Virus record (IMG/VR): IMGVR_UViG_3300037264_001145
Location: 32,001-96,000 of that record
Source of the DNA: a virus
DNA: 64,000 bases
Direction: 5' to 3' (one strand)
Below the pieces are notes generated by a model. It was not told the DNA's origin, did no database searches, and saw nothing but the letters and a program-made list of their open reading frames with translations. A program made the translations under genes and the position numbers. Position 1 is the first letter of the stretch, and every line of letters begins with the position of its first letter. Below are positions 63,998-64,000 of the stretch, piece after piece.

Positions 63998-64000
63998 TTG

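Noticed and set aside
1-64000. Alternative genetic code (stop-codon reassignment) as in some large phages
   Set aside because: Code 11 gives long, tightly packed, full-length genes, and TAA, TAG and TGA all serve as stops.
1-64000. tRNA, tmRNA or rRNA genes; integrase or att sites; tail sheath
   Set aside because: None recognised; intergenic gaps are short and explained by terminators or promoter motifs. Absence is by eye only.

Overview
This is a 64-kb segment of a large tailed dsDNA bacteriophage or prophage, gene-dense, AT-rich and in the standard genetic code, arranged as two convergent arms. The + strand arm (1-32.8 kb) is virion morphogenesis: fibre/collar-like proteins, a family of DLFIxG-repeat proteins, probable neck and tail-terminator proteins, tail tube, chaperone-like genes, a 1655-aa tape measure protein and tail-tip proteins. 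It is interrupted by three HNH endonucleases and a small accessory island (hpt, a lipoprotein, zinc fingers, a candidate sRNA). No tail sheath was recognised, so the tail is probably non-contractile. The - strand arm (32.8-64 kb) covers replication, recombination and transcription: RecA, UvsY-like protein, DnaB, DnaG, dNMP kinase, Cas4-like exonuclease, SSB, a sigma factor, a Rad52-like annealase and a Whirly-like protein. Most striking, DNA polymerase III alpha is split without an intein into two collinear genes at the palm/fingers boundary, 11.8 kb apart. The gap holds a soluble glycan-building cluster: Gmd, a perosamine-synthase-like aminotransferase, a cupin, five glycosyltransferases (one GT11-like, one B4GALNT-like), a cytidylyltransferase-methyltransferase fusion, LicD, a sulfotransferase and two more methyltransferases. 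Three GT-B enzymes lie further downstream. A GTGTATAA motif recurs in intergenic gaps of the structural arm. All family assignments come from recalled motifs, not database searches.
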